From assembly GCA_020891255.1 (NCBI GenBank), contig BQFW01000011.1, positions 992,001-1,056,000 on the forward strand: a DNA stretch of 64,000 bases, written 5' to 3'. Below, one piece after another: positions 49,312 through 62,156 of the stretch; position 1 is the first letter of the stretch, and each line of letters begins with the position of its first letter. The notes below the pieces were generated by a model. It was not told the DNA's origin. It saw nothing but the letters and a program-made list of their open reading frames with translations, and ran no database searches. This DNA comes from Entomortierella parvispora E1425. Lineage: Eukaryota; Fungi; Mortierellomycota. The translations under genes and the position numbers were made by a program.

Positions 49312-52000
49312 ATGGCTGCTCTTCAACAGTGGAGCATTCTCTTGGGAAACAACTTGGATAACCCTTCCGCGACCGTCTCAGCTGCCGACCTTGATACCGA
49401 GAATGCCTCCCTGACACAGCTGCTTATCACAGGCGAGTATGGTCTCGTCCTGAAGTCCGGTCCTGCAAAAGAAATCTTTGGCACGTCGTTGTCAGACGCT
49501 GACGTGGACGCTGACACGGTTGCTCTCAACCTCCCTGCGTTCTTGTCCAAGAGCATTCACGCCTATCTGGCCTCGCCTGAGCACCAGCACGCCGCCCTGG
49601 ACGTCCTCTCTGTCGGTATCGCCGCCCTCTACGCCTTTGTTCAAGCCGGCTGGACCGGTCCTGAGATCTTTGAGCCCGTGGAGCTGTTGCCTGCCTGCAT
49701 CAAGGACAAGGCCAAGGAATTGGACAGCCAAGCGCTAGAGAACCTTGCTGTTGGAGGTGAGACTGTCTACCACCTTTCGCCCAGGATTTTGTTCCTCCAG
49801 TTGGCCAGAATCTTGCTTGTGGACAACATCCAAGAGCTGGAGAAGGACATGGCTGTGGCGGACACTGCTGCCTGGTGGGCTCTTCGTGTCCTCTTTCTCC
49901 AACAAAGAACTCTGGAAGGCCCTACAGGTATGCTTCAGGAGGAGATGATGAAATTATCAGACAAGACTGAGGCCGCTTTAAACAAGAAGGTATGACCAAT
50001 AGTAGCTTGGAGCAAACATCGGCGTGTTTTGTATGCAAATGCTAACTGCGTAACATTTTTTTCTTTATTTTTTCTTTCAGTTTGAAAATGGACTTGGGGG
50101 TTTAGAAGCCATTGACAAGAAGGAAATTATGACACGTTTCTGGATGGAGCGTGGCCTTGTTCAGCACTGGTACACTGAGGATACAAAAGCTTACGAAGCC
50201 TTCCAGAAGGCACAGTCAACTTCAGGATTTCGTTTCAAGGTCACCGGGGCCATGGGAAAGCGCACAAAGTTTCAGCAATTCGACACCTCTCAGTTGGTTG
50301 TTGTCGCCGAGAGCAGTAGAGACATGGCCAGCTCGCGACCCGCCAACTACAAATCCAAGGCCGGCGCTGGACCAAAGAATTTGGAGCACAACGACGACAC
50401 TGTTCTCGAGAAGATTCAGTACAGCGAGCTGAGCGAGGAAGACCGTGCACGACTTGGGGATCTGGAACTGGACCCTACAAAGGAGATTGAGGACCTACAC
50501 CCTATTGATCACGCCCTTCTTCTTGCTTTCTGCCTCAACATCAAGAACACCAACCCAGCTCATGGTCTGACAGTCGAGCAAATGTTCCCTTTTGTGACCA
50601 GAGTCTTGGAGACCCCTAACAACTGGACAGTTTACACCATGGCTCTGCTGCTTCGATCCCGGCTTGAGGCCGACAAGTCTAGGACTGTGGAACGCGGGGC
50701 ATTGCAGCTTCAGGCGCTTGTAGATCAGACCCGCATTGAAGACGAGACCTCGACCACTCGAGAAAGAATGCACCATTTCTTCTCTGTGTTATTGCCGTCG
50801 AAGTGGGAATTGGAGAAAGAGCTTGCGGAGCAGTACATGGCATTGGGAGTCGTTCGTTCGGCATTGGATATTTTTGAGCGCCTGGAATTGTGGGAGGATG
50901 TGATCGCCTGTCACCAGTTCTTGGACCAACCCGAGAAGGCTAAGGCTATGTGTAAGGAGTTGTTGGAGAAGAACCCCAAGAATGCAAAGTTGCTCTGTAT
51001 TCTCGGAGATTTGGACCAAGACCCCGAAATGTACAGACAGGCCTGGGAAGTCTCTGGTCACCGGTTTGCAAGAGCTCAGCGATCCCTTGGGGCTTACCTG
51101 TTTAAGCAAGAGCAGTTCAAAGAAGCCATGGACGCCTACCAACTAGCTCTCGCCATCAACCCATTGTTTGAGAACTCTTGGTTTGTTCTTGGATGCATCG
51201 GAATGCAAGTGGAGGACTTTGATGTTGCCATTGAGGCATTTACCAAAGTTGTGTCGATTGATCAGAACAATGGCGAGGCCTGGAATAACTTAGCAGCTAT
51301 TCATATGCGCCGCAACAACAACTTGGATGCCCAGCACGCACTTCGTCAGGCTTTGAAAGAAAAACGCGAGTCTTGGAAGATCTGGTCCAATTATATGTAC
51401 TGCTCACTGGACGTTGGGGACTTCACAGAGGCGATTCGCGCGATGGGCATGCTAGTAGAGCTCCGGTGGAAGAGCCGTTCAGAGGATGAAAAGCATGAGA
51501 TTGTGGACGTTGTGATGTTGGACAGGATTGTGCAGGGAGTTACACGGGATCTTAAGGATCTCTTCTCCCGGCGAGTGGCCTTCCAGGAATCTAGGGTGGA
51601 GGAGTTGCTGTTGGGTATTACAAACAGAATCACGACCGATCCCAGGATTTGGAAGATTTGCGGCAAATTTTACTTTTGGCAGAAGAACTATCCAGAGTGC
51701 CTAGAATGCCACCTCAAGGCTTACAGAGCCGTGATCCACAATCCAAAGATCGAAACAGAGCAGCCAGAATTTGAGAAGGCAGTCGAGTCTGCAGTAGAGA
51801 TGGTTGACTGGTACAGAAACCTGGGACCCTTGACCTTCAAGGATGCGCAGGGTCAGGAGCAACCTGTTGCCAAGGACTGGGCATATCGTTCCAAACAGAT
51901 GATCAAGAGTTTGATGGCCAGGACAAAGGACTCTTGGGAGCACTTGGAAGCTTTTGAGAAGCTGAAGGATACCATGGAGGAACTCAAACAGGAAAAGTAA
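49312..52000 (+). CDS. EMW1: TPR protein, Emw1/TTC27 family; 2 exons
   Basis: GAMGKRTKFQQFDTSQL, NWTVYTMALLLRSRLE, RTVERGALQLQALV, ELAEQYMALGVVRSALDIFERLELWED and tandem TPR helices. Intron at about 49991-50080. Confidence 0.9.
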
Positions 52001-52094
52001 AAACATTTTACCAATAAATGGCCCAAACACAGGCGTCTATTATACTGTTATATTTTCTCCATCTCTATCTCTCACTCGCACAACTATATGATCC

Positions 52095-53774
52095 CTAGGC
52101 AACAACAGGCGATCCCGAGCGAAGGGAGACGTTATTGCGACGGTATGAAAAGTTGAATCCCTGGGAACGAGTTTCGGTTGCGATTTTTCCTTGATTGATA
52201 TCAAGAAGGAGCAGTCCGGAAGCAGCATCAGGCAAGTTGAAGTTCCAGGTATTCTTGAACGCCGCCTCATCTTTATCATTCGGCACTGTATTCATTGCGG
52301 GCAAGCGATTGACAACACTTAAGCAGTTTTCCAGAAGGACACGTTGTTCCTCACTACAGGACAATCGCAATGTTTGAGAATAAGGCGATATTAGCATTCT
52401 GTCGATATAAACCATACAATTCGCGAGGCTGCTGAGATACCTGATACTGTTCTCCACATGAGATTTAATGCCCTCCCACATGTCCATAAAGCTCTTTTGA
52501 GAGTTCACCAGCTTGTTCCTATAGAGCTCCTGATCTCCCTGAACGCCAAACTCGTTGTATGAAATGCCATAACGGAAATGCAATCCTGCTGAAATAGTGA
52601 AGTCTGCCTGTTGGACAGAAAGGAAGGTGGTGCGTTAGGCTTGGTAACATACGCCCTCCCCACCAAAAAAGGGGATGAAATGAAATGGAGCTATACCTTG
52701 AGGACTAACGACAGTTGTGCGAGGATACCCTCCCGACCAGGGCTCGCGTGGGACACAAGAACACGCGTCTCTGTGGGGTCAAAGATTTTTTGGGCAGTGT
52801 CCACCAATTGACCAATCTGGAGCGCTGTTGTCCACATTGTTCCTGAGCCTCCAGCGATTGTTGAAACACCTATTGGAATCGTACGAAAGATTTAAATAAA
52901 CAAGAGACATGCACCACATCACAAGAACATCGCTTCATAGTTTGTCCAGTCGACATGTTCACATTACCATCACCAATGTCAAACAGTTTGTGCTGGGCAT
53001 ATGCTCCTCCAAGACCAAAGAGTCGAAGCTTAACGCCGCCGATATCAATCACGGCGGTGGAGCTCTCATCAATAATGTGAAAGTTTTCCAACGCATATTC
53101 GCCTGATCGAAACTTTTCCAAAACGCTGACATCCTCGCATGCTCCCCAGACAGTGTACACTGGTACATTGAAGTTCTTCTGTCCAGCAAGGTACAACGGT
53201 AATTCCGAGAGGATATGAGTGGTCGATGCCTTGATCTGCGAGCGAAGTGAGTCGGGGGTGACAGTTGCCTGGAGGAGGCGTGTGCGCATGGCGGGGGGGA
53301 TGAGAGTGCTGTACTGAACTAAGTGTTTGAGGGTCCTGAGAGCGAAGGACTAACAAGTATTAGAAGCCTTGGGCGAGCCCATGTCATGTCGATGTTACTG
53401 AATGAAGATGATTACCTATCGCTAATCCTGTTTAAGCTGTCGCTGTCTAAAGAGCAAACAAGAGCCAGAAGCGAATGAGATACCACGCGGATGACAGAAA
53501 GAAAATAACAAGGCAAAAAAGGGAACATAAAAATACCATACCATAGAAACCAAAGTCTCCGCAGTGGATGATCATTTTCGCGCCTGTTTGGTCCACAAGA
53601 TCATTGAGCTGTGAAAGGTTTCCTATTATACGCGAGCATGCCATGCGCATGTTAGAGAATAGGCCCCCTTTTGACCATTGACGAAAGAACACCGGTATAA
53701 ATACCTCTGAGGTCCGCAACACAGAGGACCTTGCCAGCAGGGGTGTTAATAGATTGAATGGTGGGCGTGCTCAT
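52095..53774 (-). CDS. DUF2433-family protein with a metallophosphoesterase-like N-terminus; multi-exon
   Basis: KVLCVADLR|GNLSQLN, IIHCGDFGFY, VYTVWGACEDVSVLEKFR, LRLFGLGGA, LHFRYGISYNEF, AFKNTWNFNL and QGFNFSYR, consistent with this fungal family as recalled. Confidence 0.75.
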
Positions 53775-54149
53775 GGCTGCTAGGATATGAAGGTCGGTTA
53801 AAACACATTCAAGGGAGGAGAGAAGCGTTCCAGGCATGTCAATAATGACCAAGTTGTACCAGATGGAAGTCAAGAGAAGAAAGGGGGAGAGGAAGATGAT
53901 GGGACGATGCGACGCATTGTGGATAAAGAAGTGGACTACTTTATTAAGGGGTCAAATCTAGTCCTTTTCATATGTAGGCTGGACCCAGCCTTCTCTCTCC
54001 AAGAGACTTTGTGCACAAGCTCAGGAGCGACAACGTACTGCTCTCCGCCACTCTGACTTGAAGCTTCAACTTAGAGTTTTGGGATACAATCAGACGTCTA
54101 TCTATTCTCAAAAAAAAATGATACCGCACAAAAGCAAACCAAAAAAAAT

Positions 54150-54545
54150 TGAGATGATCTCCAAGACATTCTTGCCAGGTGCAGAAGCCTAGACCTCTCC
54201 AGAAGCATTCCCTGTCCTCGCTTCCAACGGCGACTTTCTGATGAAATGATGCAATAATAGTTCCTACCTATGGCGGCAAGGAAGAGTTATCCGAATAGAA
54301 GTTAAAGGGGTGATGAAAAAGAGATGCACAGATGTCGTTAAAAAATGGACGATATACTTGCCAAGATCCGCGGAGGCCGCATTTCAATAAATACGAAAGA
54401 GACGGCCACTCTATTACAATTCTATACACCAGCCCACAATGGACAAATGCCATCAATCTCGTCAAGGACCCATTTACAAAGACTACTCAATGGACAGAGC
54501 AGCACAGCCTGTGGCAAAGCGAGCTGGATCACATAGTCTCACACT
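54150..54545 (+). mobile_element. Possible highly decayed non-LTR retrotransposon (APE endonuclease) fragment
   Basis: In order but in different frames: PVLASNGDF (54208-54237), DPRRPHFNKY...ILYTSP, and LDHIV (54524-54538). These loosely follow the APE motifs GDFN, P..FT..., and SDH. Confidence 0.3.
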
Positions 54546-54735
54546 CCAACCAACATTCTACCAAGAAAAAAAAACGCAAAACGACATTGCTCAATATTGA
54601 ATGATGATATGTTTATTGCTTTCATTGACAACATGATCCTATTAAACCGCATAGGTTATAATTCCGCACCAGACCCTGTGGTGCACACTCCCAACATTTT
54701 GCACTGCAAAATTACTGAAGCTCTCATTCCATCTC

Positions 54736-55974
54736 TTAAGCAGCAGACGACGACGATGAAGACGAGGACTTGGCCGCTGACGAAGACGGAGACTTTCCTT
54801 CACCATTCGAATTGGGGTCACCGCCGCTCGAGTTGTTGCCACCGCCGTTCGAATTGGGGTCGCCGCCGTTCGAATTGGGGTCGCCACCGTTCGAGTTGTT
54901 ACCTCCACTGTTCGAATTGGGGTCGCCGCCGTTGGAGTTGTTACCTCCACCATTCGAATGAGGGTCACCGCCGCTAGAATGATTGCCGCCACCGTTCGAG
55001 TTGTTGCCACCGCCGTTCGAATTGGGGTCACCGCCGTTCGAATTGGGGTCACCGCCGTTCGAATTGGGGTCGCCACCGTTCGAGTTGTTACCTCCACTGT
55101 TCGAATTGGGGTCGCCGCCGTTGGAGTTGTTACCTCCACCATTCGAATGAGGGTCACCGCCGCTAGAATGATTGCCGCCACCGTTCGAATTGTTGCCACC
55201 GCCGTTCGAATTGGGGTCACCGCCGTTCGAATTGGGGTCACCGCCGTTCGAATTGGGGTCGCCACCGTTCGAGTTGTTACCTCCACTGTTCGAATTGGGG
55301 TCGCCGCCGTTGGAGTTGTTACCTCCACCATTCGAATGAGGAGGGTCACCGCCGCTAGAATGATTGCCGCCACCATCCGAATGAGGAGGGTCACCGCCGC
55401 TAGAATGATTGCCGCCACCGTTCGAGTTGTTGCCGCCACCATTCGAATTGGGGTCACCGCCGTTCGTATGGTTACCACCGCCGTTCGAATTGGGGTCACC
55501 GCCGTTCGAATTGGGGTCACCGCCGTTAGAGTTGTTACCTCCACCATTCGAATTAGGGTCACCGCCGTTCGAATGGTTACCACCGCCATTAGAGTTGTTG
55601 CCGCCACCGTTCGAATTGGGGTCTCCGCCGTTCGAATTGGGGTCTCCGCCGTTCGAATTGGGGTCTCCGCCGTTCGAGTTGTTACCACCATCACCAGAAG
55701 TACACTTAGCAAAAACGACTACGGTTTGAGTTTTACACTTCTTGTGCTTTCCATGACCTTTATGATGACCGTGATGCTTGCAATGGGGGCCATGGTGTTT
55801 GTGGTGCTTGTGCTTCCAAAGCTCATTGCTATCAGCAATGGTACCAACCTCCGCATTGTCAAAGTTGGCCTCGGCAGCAACAACGTCGCGGCGATCACGC
55901 TTAGCTTCGGAGAAGCTAGATGTCAGCGCAATCGCCGTGGCAATAGCGATGAAGAGACAATTGTTCAGCTTCAT
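54736..55974 (-). CDS. Secreted His/Lys-rich, Asn-Gly heptad-repeat protein; intronless
   Basis: Signal peptide MKLNNCLFIAIATAIALTSSFSEA, dibasic KR/RR sites, KHKHHKHHGPHCKHHGHHKGHGKHKKC, about 42 heptads (NGGDPNS/NGGGNNS/SGGDPHS), and a Ser-rich end. Confidence 0.85.
   Translation of the reverse strand: MKLNNCLFIAIATAIALTSSFSEAKRDRRDVVAAEANFDNAEVGTIADSNELWKHKHHKHHGPHCKHHGHHKGHGKHKKCKTQTVVVFAKCTSGDGGNNSNGGDPNSNGGDPNSNGGDPNSNGGGNNSNGGGNHSNGGDPNSNGGGNNSNGGDPNSNGGDPNSNGGGNHTNGGDPNSNGGGNNSNGGGNHSSGGDPPHSDGGGNHSSGGDPPHSNGGGNNSNGGDPNSNSGGNNSNGGDPNSNGGDPNSNGGDPNSNGGGNNSNGGGNHSSGGDPHSNGGGNNSNGGDPNSNSGGNNSNGGDPNSNGGDPNSNGGDPNSNGGGNNSNGGGNHSSGGDPHSNGGGNNSNGGDPNSNSGGNNSNGGDPNSNGGDPNSNGGGNNSSGGDPNSNGEGKSPSSSAAKSSSSSSSSAA
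54790..55690. repeat. 21-bp coding tandem repeat with a 189-bp higher-order unit
   Basis: Units such as CCGCCGTTCGAATTGGGGTCA recur every 21 bp. The diagnostic AATGAGGGTCACCGCCGCTAGAATG recurs at about 54958 and 55147, 189 bp apart. Confidence 0.95.
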
Positions 55975-56750
55975 AGTTTGTACGACACGAATGGGATACA
56001 AGTATTTTCAAATAACTTTGTGCCAGTAAGTGAAAGGAAGGGAGTAAGGGTATAGGTAAGGGTCGAGGAAATCAGACACCTTGGGTATATGGGAGGAAAG
56101 AGAAGGAGGTAGTAAAGAAGGAGTGTACGCTTTGGCACTGAGAGTGTGATCGAAGGTGAAAAAGAGAGGGACAAAGCAAGGGGGAAAAAATCCTGGTTCA
56201 TATACTCGCAAAACCCCCAGCAACATTGCTGGTCGCTTCGAGCATTCTAATCACGACGAAAGAATGGGAGTACTATTCGTACAGGGACTAAATTGTCGAG
56301 GCACTCATTCTTTTCACTGACTCCTGACAACGCCAGCTGCGTGCTTTAACCAACGCACAATGACAGGCAATCCCAGCTGTGGAATGAAAAAACACAGGAA
56401 AAGCACGACAAGAAAAACGCAATTATAAATAAGGGGTATGAAAAAAAGGAGGGCGAGAACCATTTAAATTTCCCTCTGGAGCTCTCTTGACTCTTTATTT
56501 TCAAAGAGGGTCAGGAATGTCGATGGGAGGGGAAAGGAATTTTTTTCCAGAGGGAGTCGTTGGTTTCCAGCTTTTTTTTTCACTGTCCATGGGGCCTTCG
56601 TTCAGGGTTGTCGTGCTCTTTTGTTGATATGAGCACTTAGCCACCTTTTTATAATTTTATTCAGAGCAATCGGTCGTGAAGCGGAGTCATTAATACTGGC
56701 GGGAATAATATGGCCACGGACCACATCACAGGGCCTTGCGCGGCACGTCA

Positions 56751-59700
56751 TTATAACAGATCTTCAGGGTGGCTGTCTTGCTTTTGTTGATTATTGAACT
56801 CCTTTCTCGCAGCGTAGTAGAGAACGAGAAGATCATGGCCAACTATTTTTTTTTTTTTTTTTTGCAAGTTAGAACAGTTGGATAATGATAACCGTCAGGG
56901 TATGGGTCGCTCGCGGCGACTTATCTTGTCCTCACCTTGAAGTAAGCAGAATCCAACCTCCAATCCAAGAAGGGAGAATGCACCGAGTTGCTGGTGCTCC
57001 ACAAGTAACAAACCCAGCACGACAAACGACATGCAGAAACGAGATATGTAGATAGCGCGATCGTACTTGTCTGTGTCGATCCGAAAAGAAGTTAGCCCTC
57101 AGTAAATTTGCGTCTTGCTTTGGGTTATCTCGAATGTTACATTACCTCCAGGTTGCGAAGTAACAAACTTGATGGCTGCGTTCCAGAAAAAGACATTGGC
57201 GGCGACAATCAAGTAGTACTTTTTGACGTATATTAGCGCCAGGTCACTCGCTCCCGACTCGCCTATCAACCCCGATCTGTCCTTTGACTCTGAGATGGCT
57301 AATCCGCCGCCGCCAGAGGCTTCGCTTGGATAGGCCATTGGGGCGTCACCGAGCGAGAAATGCGAAGGGTACTTTGCGATCTGATAAATCCGAATCAGAT
57401 CCAAACATCCGACTCCCAAAAGCAGCTGCGATAAGTTCAGCATGAAGTGAAGGTATGTCCACACAGTCGAATGGATGGACGAACGAGCAGGGCCTTGCTC
57501 GTGGTAATCATCAAAATACAAGAACCATTGGCACTTGATTATTGTGATCGAAAATATCAGCAAAGTTCTAAGGAACATGTTCGGAAGCCCCTTGTGGTTA
57601 ATTCTATAGCGTAGGTACTCCAAAAGTCAAATCACCATCGCCTACTTACAAGTCATCCCATCCTATCTTTCCAGGAGCATCCACTATCTCATCAGTGATA
57701 TCGAACAAGCCCATTATACTCTCACCAATGATGATAAGAGTGAACAAGCCCAAACGTTCAGGTAAATGACTTCGGATAAATGTGACGGTTGCGTTATTAG
57801 CGAGAACGATGTTGAAAGCAATCTCGATTCCCAAGGCTCCGAACCAAATACTGTAACGCGCTTGATCTGATAGCTCCTCGATCAAGAAGGCTGACGTCCA
57901 CCACATGACGAAGGAGACAAAATTCGCCAACATGTATAACAAGATCGGTTTCCGTGACCGACTGTCCGGAGCATGGATCCAAACTACGAAGTACTGGCCG
58001 ACGAGGATTAATTTCATCACTGCAAATTGATGAAGGAAAAGTGAAAGGGAGTCAATTGAACAGATCGAATTGCCCAGGAGAACTCAAGAGCGATGGCACC
58101 AGTGGAAAGATATAACTTTTACCAGCATAGCTTAATGCAAATCCATTTGAGTTGGTACTTGAGAAGCGATCGCCGTTGCCCGCAAATCCAGCTAATATCA
58201 AGATTGTAGGGGAACAAGGGTTAGAGTGACAAGCGCAACCCCTGTAATACCTAATACTTATAGATATTGTTGTTACCGAGCGCAAAAAGCTGAATGAGCT
58301 TCCATATCCTGTTTAGCAGATCATCGGTACTGAATCGCACATCAAACCTAATAGCACACGAGGCCCAAAGTCAGAGGGACAGTAGTTTTGTGAAATAAAG
58401 CAGACAAGTAGTGGGTGGAGCTTACATGGTTTGCGAAAGCCACATCCACCAGAGAATCGTGAACCACCCACAGTATCGGAGAAGTGTTGTCGAGTCCACA
58501 ATTGAGTGTTGATGCGTGAAAATGGTAATATTGGCCACAAACGTCAGATCGAAGAACAGCTCTAATGCAGGGGAGAGAGGATGGAATCGTGTTAACTATC
58601 CAATCCGAGAGCGAACGGAGCATGTCTACAGACTTACCCATCCAGGTCGCGGATTTTTTTTCGATGGTATGGGCCTCGCTCAGATCGGCGACAGGCTTCC
58701 TACACAGCCGAGTTGAGAGATTAATCAGCAAAAGCGTCAAGTTGAATTTGCATACTAAATATTCTGAGCAGCCTACTTGAAAGCGTGCTTTGACCCGTGT
58801 CGTCTCTGATGCCCATGATCTGCATTTTCCTTTGGCTCCCGTATCTCAAATATGAATGGCGAATCACTTAATAAGAACCGGCGGTGATAAGAATCTAAAT
58901 ACAAGAGCTGTCAGTGAACGCGCATCAGCAGTAGGGTGTGTGTACTTGACCTAAATCAGAAAACGTACTTGGATCATGGGGGGTACCAATGTCGATGCCG
59001 AGGTGGACGCGCCGCATCAGCTCCGTTTGAATATGGTGTTGAAGGTCAACAGGACAACAGCGTCGAGGGATTTTTTGACGCTGGTCAAGGTCTAGTTTCA
59101 GCTAGAGGATCAATGTATCCCATGAGCGTCAGTGCATGAGCAGTTCTACAGCGAAATACGGTTAGCGCGCGCGTGGCACCAAACGCTTACATGATGAGCA
59201 ATGGTGTCTATATCTCGAGAGCTTAGACTGTGGTTGCGCGTGAGGGTATCTGCTGGTGATTCGTATGGCAGTGGGGTAACACGCAATAGGACCTCCTCCT
59301 TGTCAACGATCGTATTTTGTCGCGATATGGTCTGCGAAGATGCTGAGGCCCAATTTACGATCGTTGTTTGTGATGAACAAGTAAGCGGAGAAGGACTGAA
59401 ATACATGTATGTTCACGGTGTGAGCAGCCTGGCAAGCACCTTTTTCCAGCTTATCAGAATCAAAGACCAGTCGCACTTGCCTGCATTGGCGGAATCTCGC
59501 TTCCACATGATGCCCTACAGTCTCTTCCTCCACATCGTTGTTGGCGGAGGGTCTGAAGTTGCTTCGGTAGGGGCTTTGAGAGAAGGGGACACGATACAGA
59601 GTCGATTTTGGTCTTCTACGCTGAAGACCGCCTGGTGATCTTGCAGGACTTTTTTTGTTTGTTTGTTGACGATGGTGAGAGCAAATTACGCACGGTCAGT

Positions 59701-59849
59701 GCGCTGAGAAGTTACTGCCAGCCTCACTGAGATGTTTTGTACCTTTCTGTTTGGATAGCTCTCGAGTCCGAAGAGAACTGATCCATTCGCGGCTCAGGGT
59801 CAAGGTAGACGGCGGACATGTTCTCAAGATCAATAGCTGCTGTGTGCAT
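56751..59849 (-). CDS. LtrA (low-temperature requirement A)-family multi-pass membrane protein; many exons
   Basis: KKSATWM|ELFFDLTFVA and HLPERLGLFTLIIIGESI are LtrA signatures, with multiple TM segments. The last exon VGHDLLVLYYAARKEF...EDLL* ends at 56751. The 5' exons are less certain. Confidence 0.8.
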
Positions 59850-60282
59850 GGTGGTTATCTAAAGCGGCGGTGTTGAGGGTGTGCCAGGGTGCTGCGAGGG
59901 TGAATGGTACTCCCTAGATTCACAGCGGAGAAGAGAAAGAAGAGGCAATGAAGAAGAATGCAGGCATGAGAGACATGCAGGCATCATTGATGCCAGGGTG
60001 GTCACCATTCATAACGTTTCTCTCCTGAAAGTCCAGGAGCTTCCTTGGTCACTCCCCTTTCCTTCTCTCTTTGCCTTTGAAACCAATTCTATTTTTCCGA
60101 TGAGCCTCTTCACCCCAAGTCCTATGTGGGATCCTTCTTCAGACCTCCTCGAGGATCATGATCACGGCACTTTCGAGGGTAGTTCTCAAGGAGGTAATGT
60201 GGCATGCTATTGCTTTGTTTCATGGTACATGCGAGAAGAAGGCCGGGACACATTTATTCCTTTTATTATGTTCCTAAGGATC

Positions 60283-61726
60283 TCAGGGCTCATCCTCGCC
60301 GCCTTTCTTCTTTGAGTTCCACCACGACTTTATCTTTTGATACCTCGCTTCAACGTGTTCCTTGGCACTTTGCTCTCCCTTTGTGCCTTGGGTGTTTACC
60401 ACAACCCCTGCGCTCGAACGCCTCGATGCTGCGGGAGTTTCAGCTGCAGGTGATGATACATGATTGGACTTAAAAAGGTATCCGTCTTTGTTGTATTCAA
60501 TCGCCTTCTGCTGAAGGGGCTTCCAAACCCAGTCTCTGCCCGCGTACATGTACGCTAGTCCAAAGGTCGATCCCGCCAAATGAGCCTTTACGAGAAATCG
60601 TATAAAAAAGAGATGTCAGCATCAAGAAACAATCATTGACCCACTTGAGCTATGCAACGGAAGTACTTACACAGTGGTCAAAAAATTTCCAGTTCCTGAT
60701 AATTCCAATTAGATCCAAGCCCATCATGGCGCCCAGTGCCATCGGGATTTTGATAGGAAAGAATGGCAAGAAGATGATGTACACACTTGCATCCGGGTAC
60801 ATATACGCCGTCGCGCTGACGCAGCCGAATAAAGCCCCACTAGCTCCTAGGGAAGGGATCATCTGTGCCCAAGGCAGACGCGCGACCGTAAAGAGATGCG
60901 AAGCCAGAGATGCCGTTACTCCTGTGGTAATATAGAACGCCAAGAACTGCTCCATGCCCATGTTGTCGTGCAAAGGAACTGCAAATGAGTGCAGTGCGAA
61001 CATGTTGAATCCAAAGTGCCAGAAGTGCTTGTGGCTAAACATGGACGTCAAGAGCGTGATGGAGTGTCCTCGGGCGGGGTGGTGCATAAACCACTCTGTC
61101 ATAAACGGCGTCAATCGTGGAATCTGCCATGCACCAAACACGAGGGAGTTGATAGCGATGATTCCCCACATCGTTCGCTCGCCGGGTGAAAACTCCATCC
61201 AGCGCCGACGCATCATGAAGATAGCCTTTTGGACCTCTATTGGCACTCCAATTTCCTGTATCCAGCGAAACCTGTCTAGAATGCCTCCCCACTTTTCCTG
61301 AAGCAGCTCAGATTGGACCTGCATAAATTCCTTGGCGGTTGGTCGTTCTCCTTTGTTCTGTGAGCGCCATGCCTTGATCCGCTGGATGAGAGTTACTTGA
61401 TTCCGTTCCCAAACATACGCAGCCAGGGCAAAAGACCCAAGAGACACAGCTGCCGTGAAGATAACTGGTTTTATAACCGCCTGAAATCTGGTTGGGTGAC
61501 GCCTCAACAAATAAGCCGGAAGTCCCAGGGCTTGATCTGCTGGGACCTTTATAGGCACGATCCGACCCAGCTGTTGACTTGCGAACGTGTGAGAGAGTAA
61601 TGAAAATGTGGCTCTTGGAGAATGTTCAACCCTCCATGGCGAGATTGTGACCCTGGCAGAAAAAATGGCGCCATTTGCTTGATTACGGCAGCCAAATGCA
61701 GGTCGAATGATCCTTGTCCTGTACAT
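60283..61726 (-). CDS. PCP1: Mitochondrial rhomboid protease (Pcp1/PARL); 2 exons
   Basis: Presequence-like MYRTRIIRPAF, LLTSMFSHKHFWHFGFNMFAL, catalytic SLGASGALFG, and spliced FDHC|AHLAGSTFG (catalytic His). Confidence 0.92.
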
Positions 61727-62156
61727 GAAGGTTGGTTTGTGACAATGAGATTCAACTGCGATTGCTGCCCCCTGCCAATGCAATCGAAAATACGTTGTGT
61801 GTTTGCAAGCGCTTTCAATCTCTCCCCAACTTCCCAAGGACAAAGCGGCGCACGTGACGGACAGTTTCTGGCGCAGCGTAGTCTGCCATGCGACAACAAA
61901 GAAACGGCTACGCGGATATCAACGTCCATCATCGTGCCACACCTTGGCTATTGTTCAGCCTCTTTTCCCTTTCTCATTCCTATCTCTTTGACGTACACTC
62001 TTGACACACCCTTCCAACGCATCCATCCAACCATCCATCCAACCATCCACGCTCCTTCCCCAAGGTATCTCCCTACCTACCAGTCATCAAAGATACTTTC
62101 TCGACGCCTTGCAAAGGTAGGCTTTACTCGCGCTACTTGCCTGGCTTCAATCCGAT

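Noticed and set aside
54642-56055. Long alternative-frame and antisense ORFs (TAVTPIR, VTAVRIG and PPFELGS repeats)
   Set aside because: These are shadows of the 21-bp repeat, which lacks stops in several frames. Only the frame with the signal peptide is credible.
61664-61673. Perfect CYS3 consensus ATGGCGCCAT
   Set aside because: It lies inside the rhomboid coding sequence (NGAI), so it is most likely coincidental.
62020-62050. CATCCATCCAAC short tandem repeat as a possible Fanzor left end
   Set aside because: A simple microsatellite-like repeat. No TIR or TSD can be defined without the right end or a second copy.
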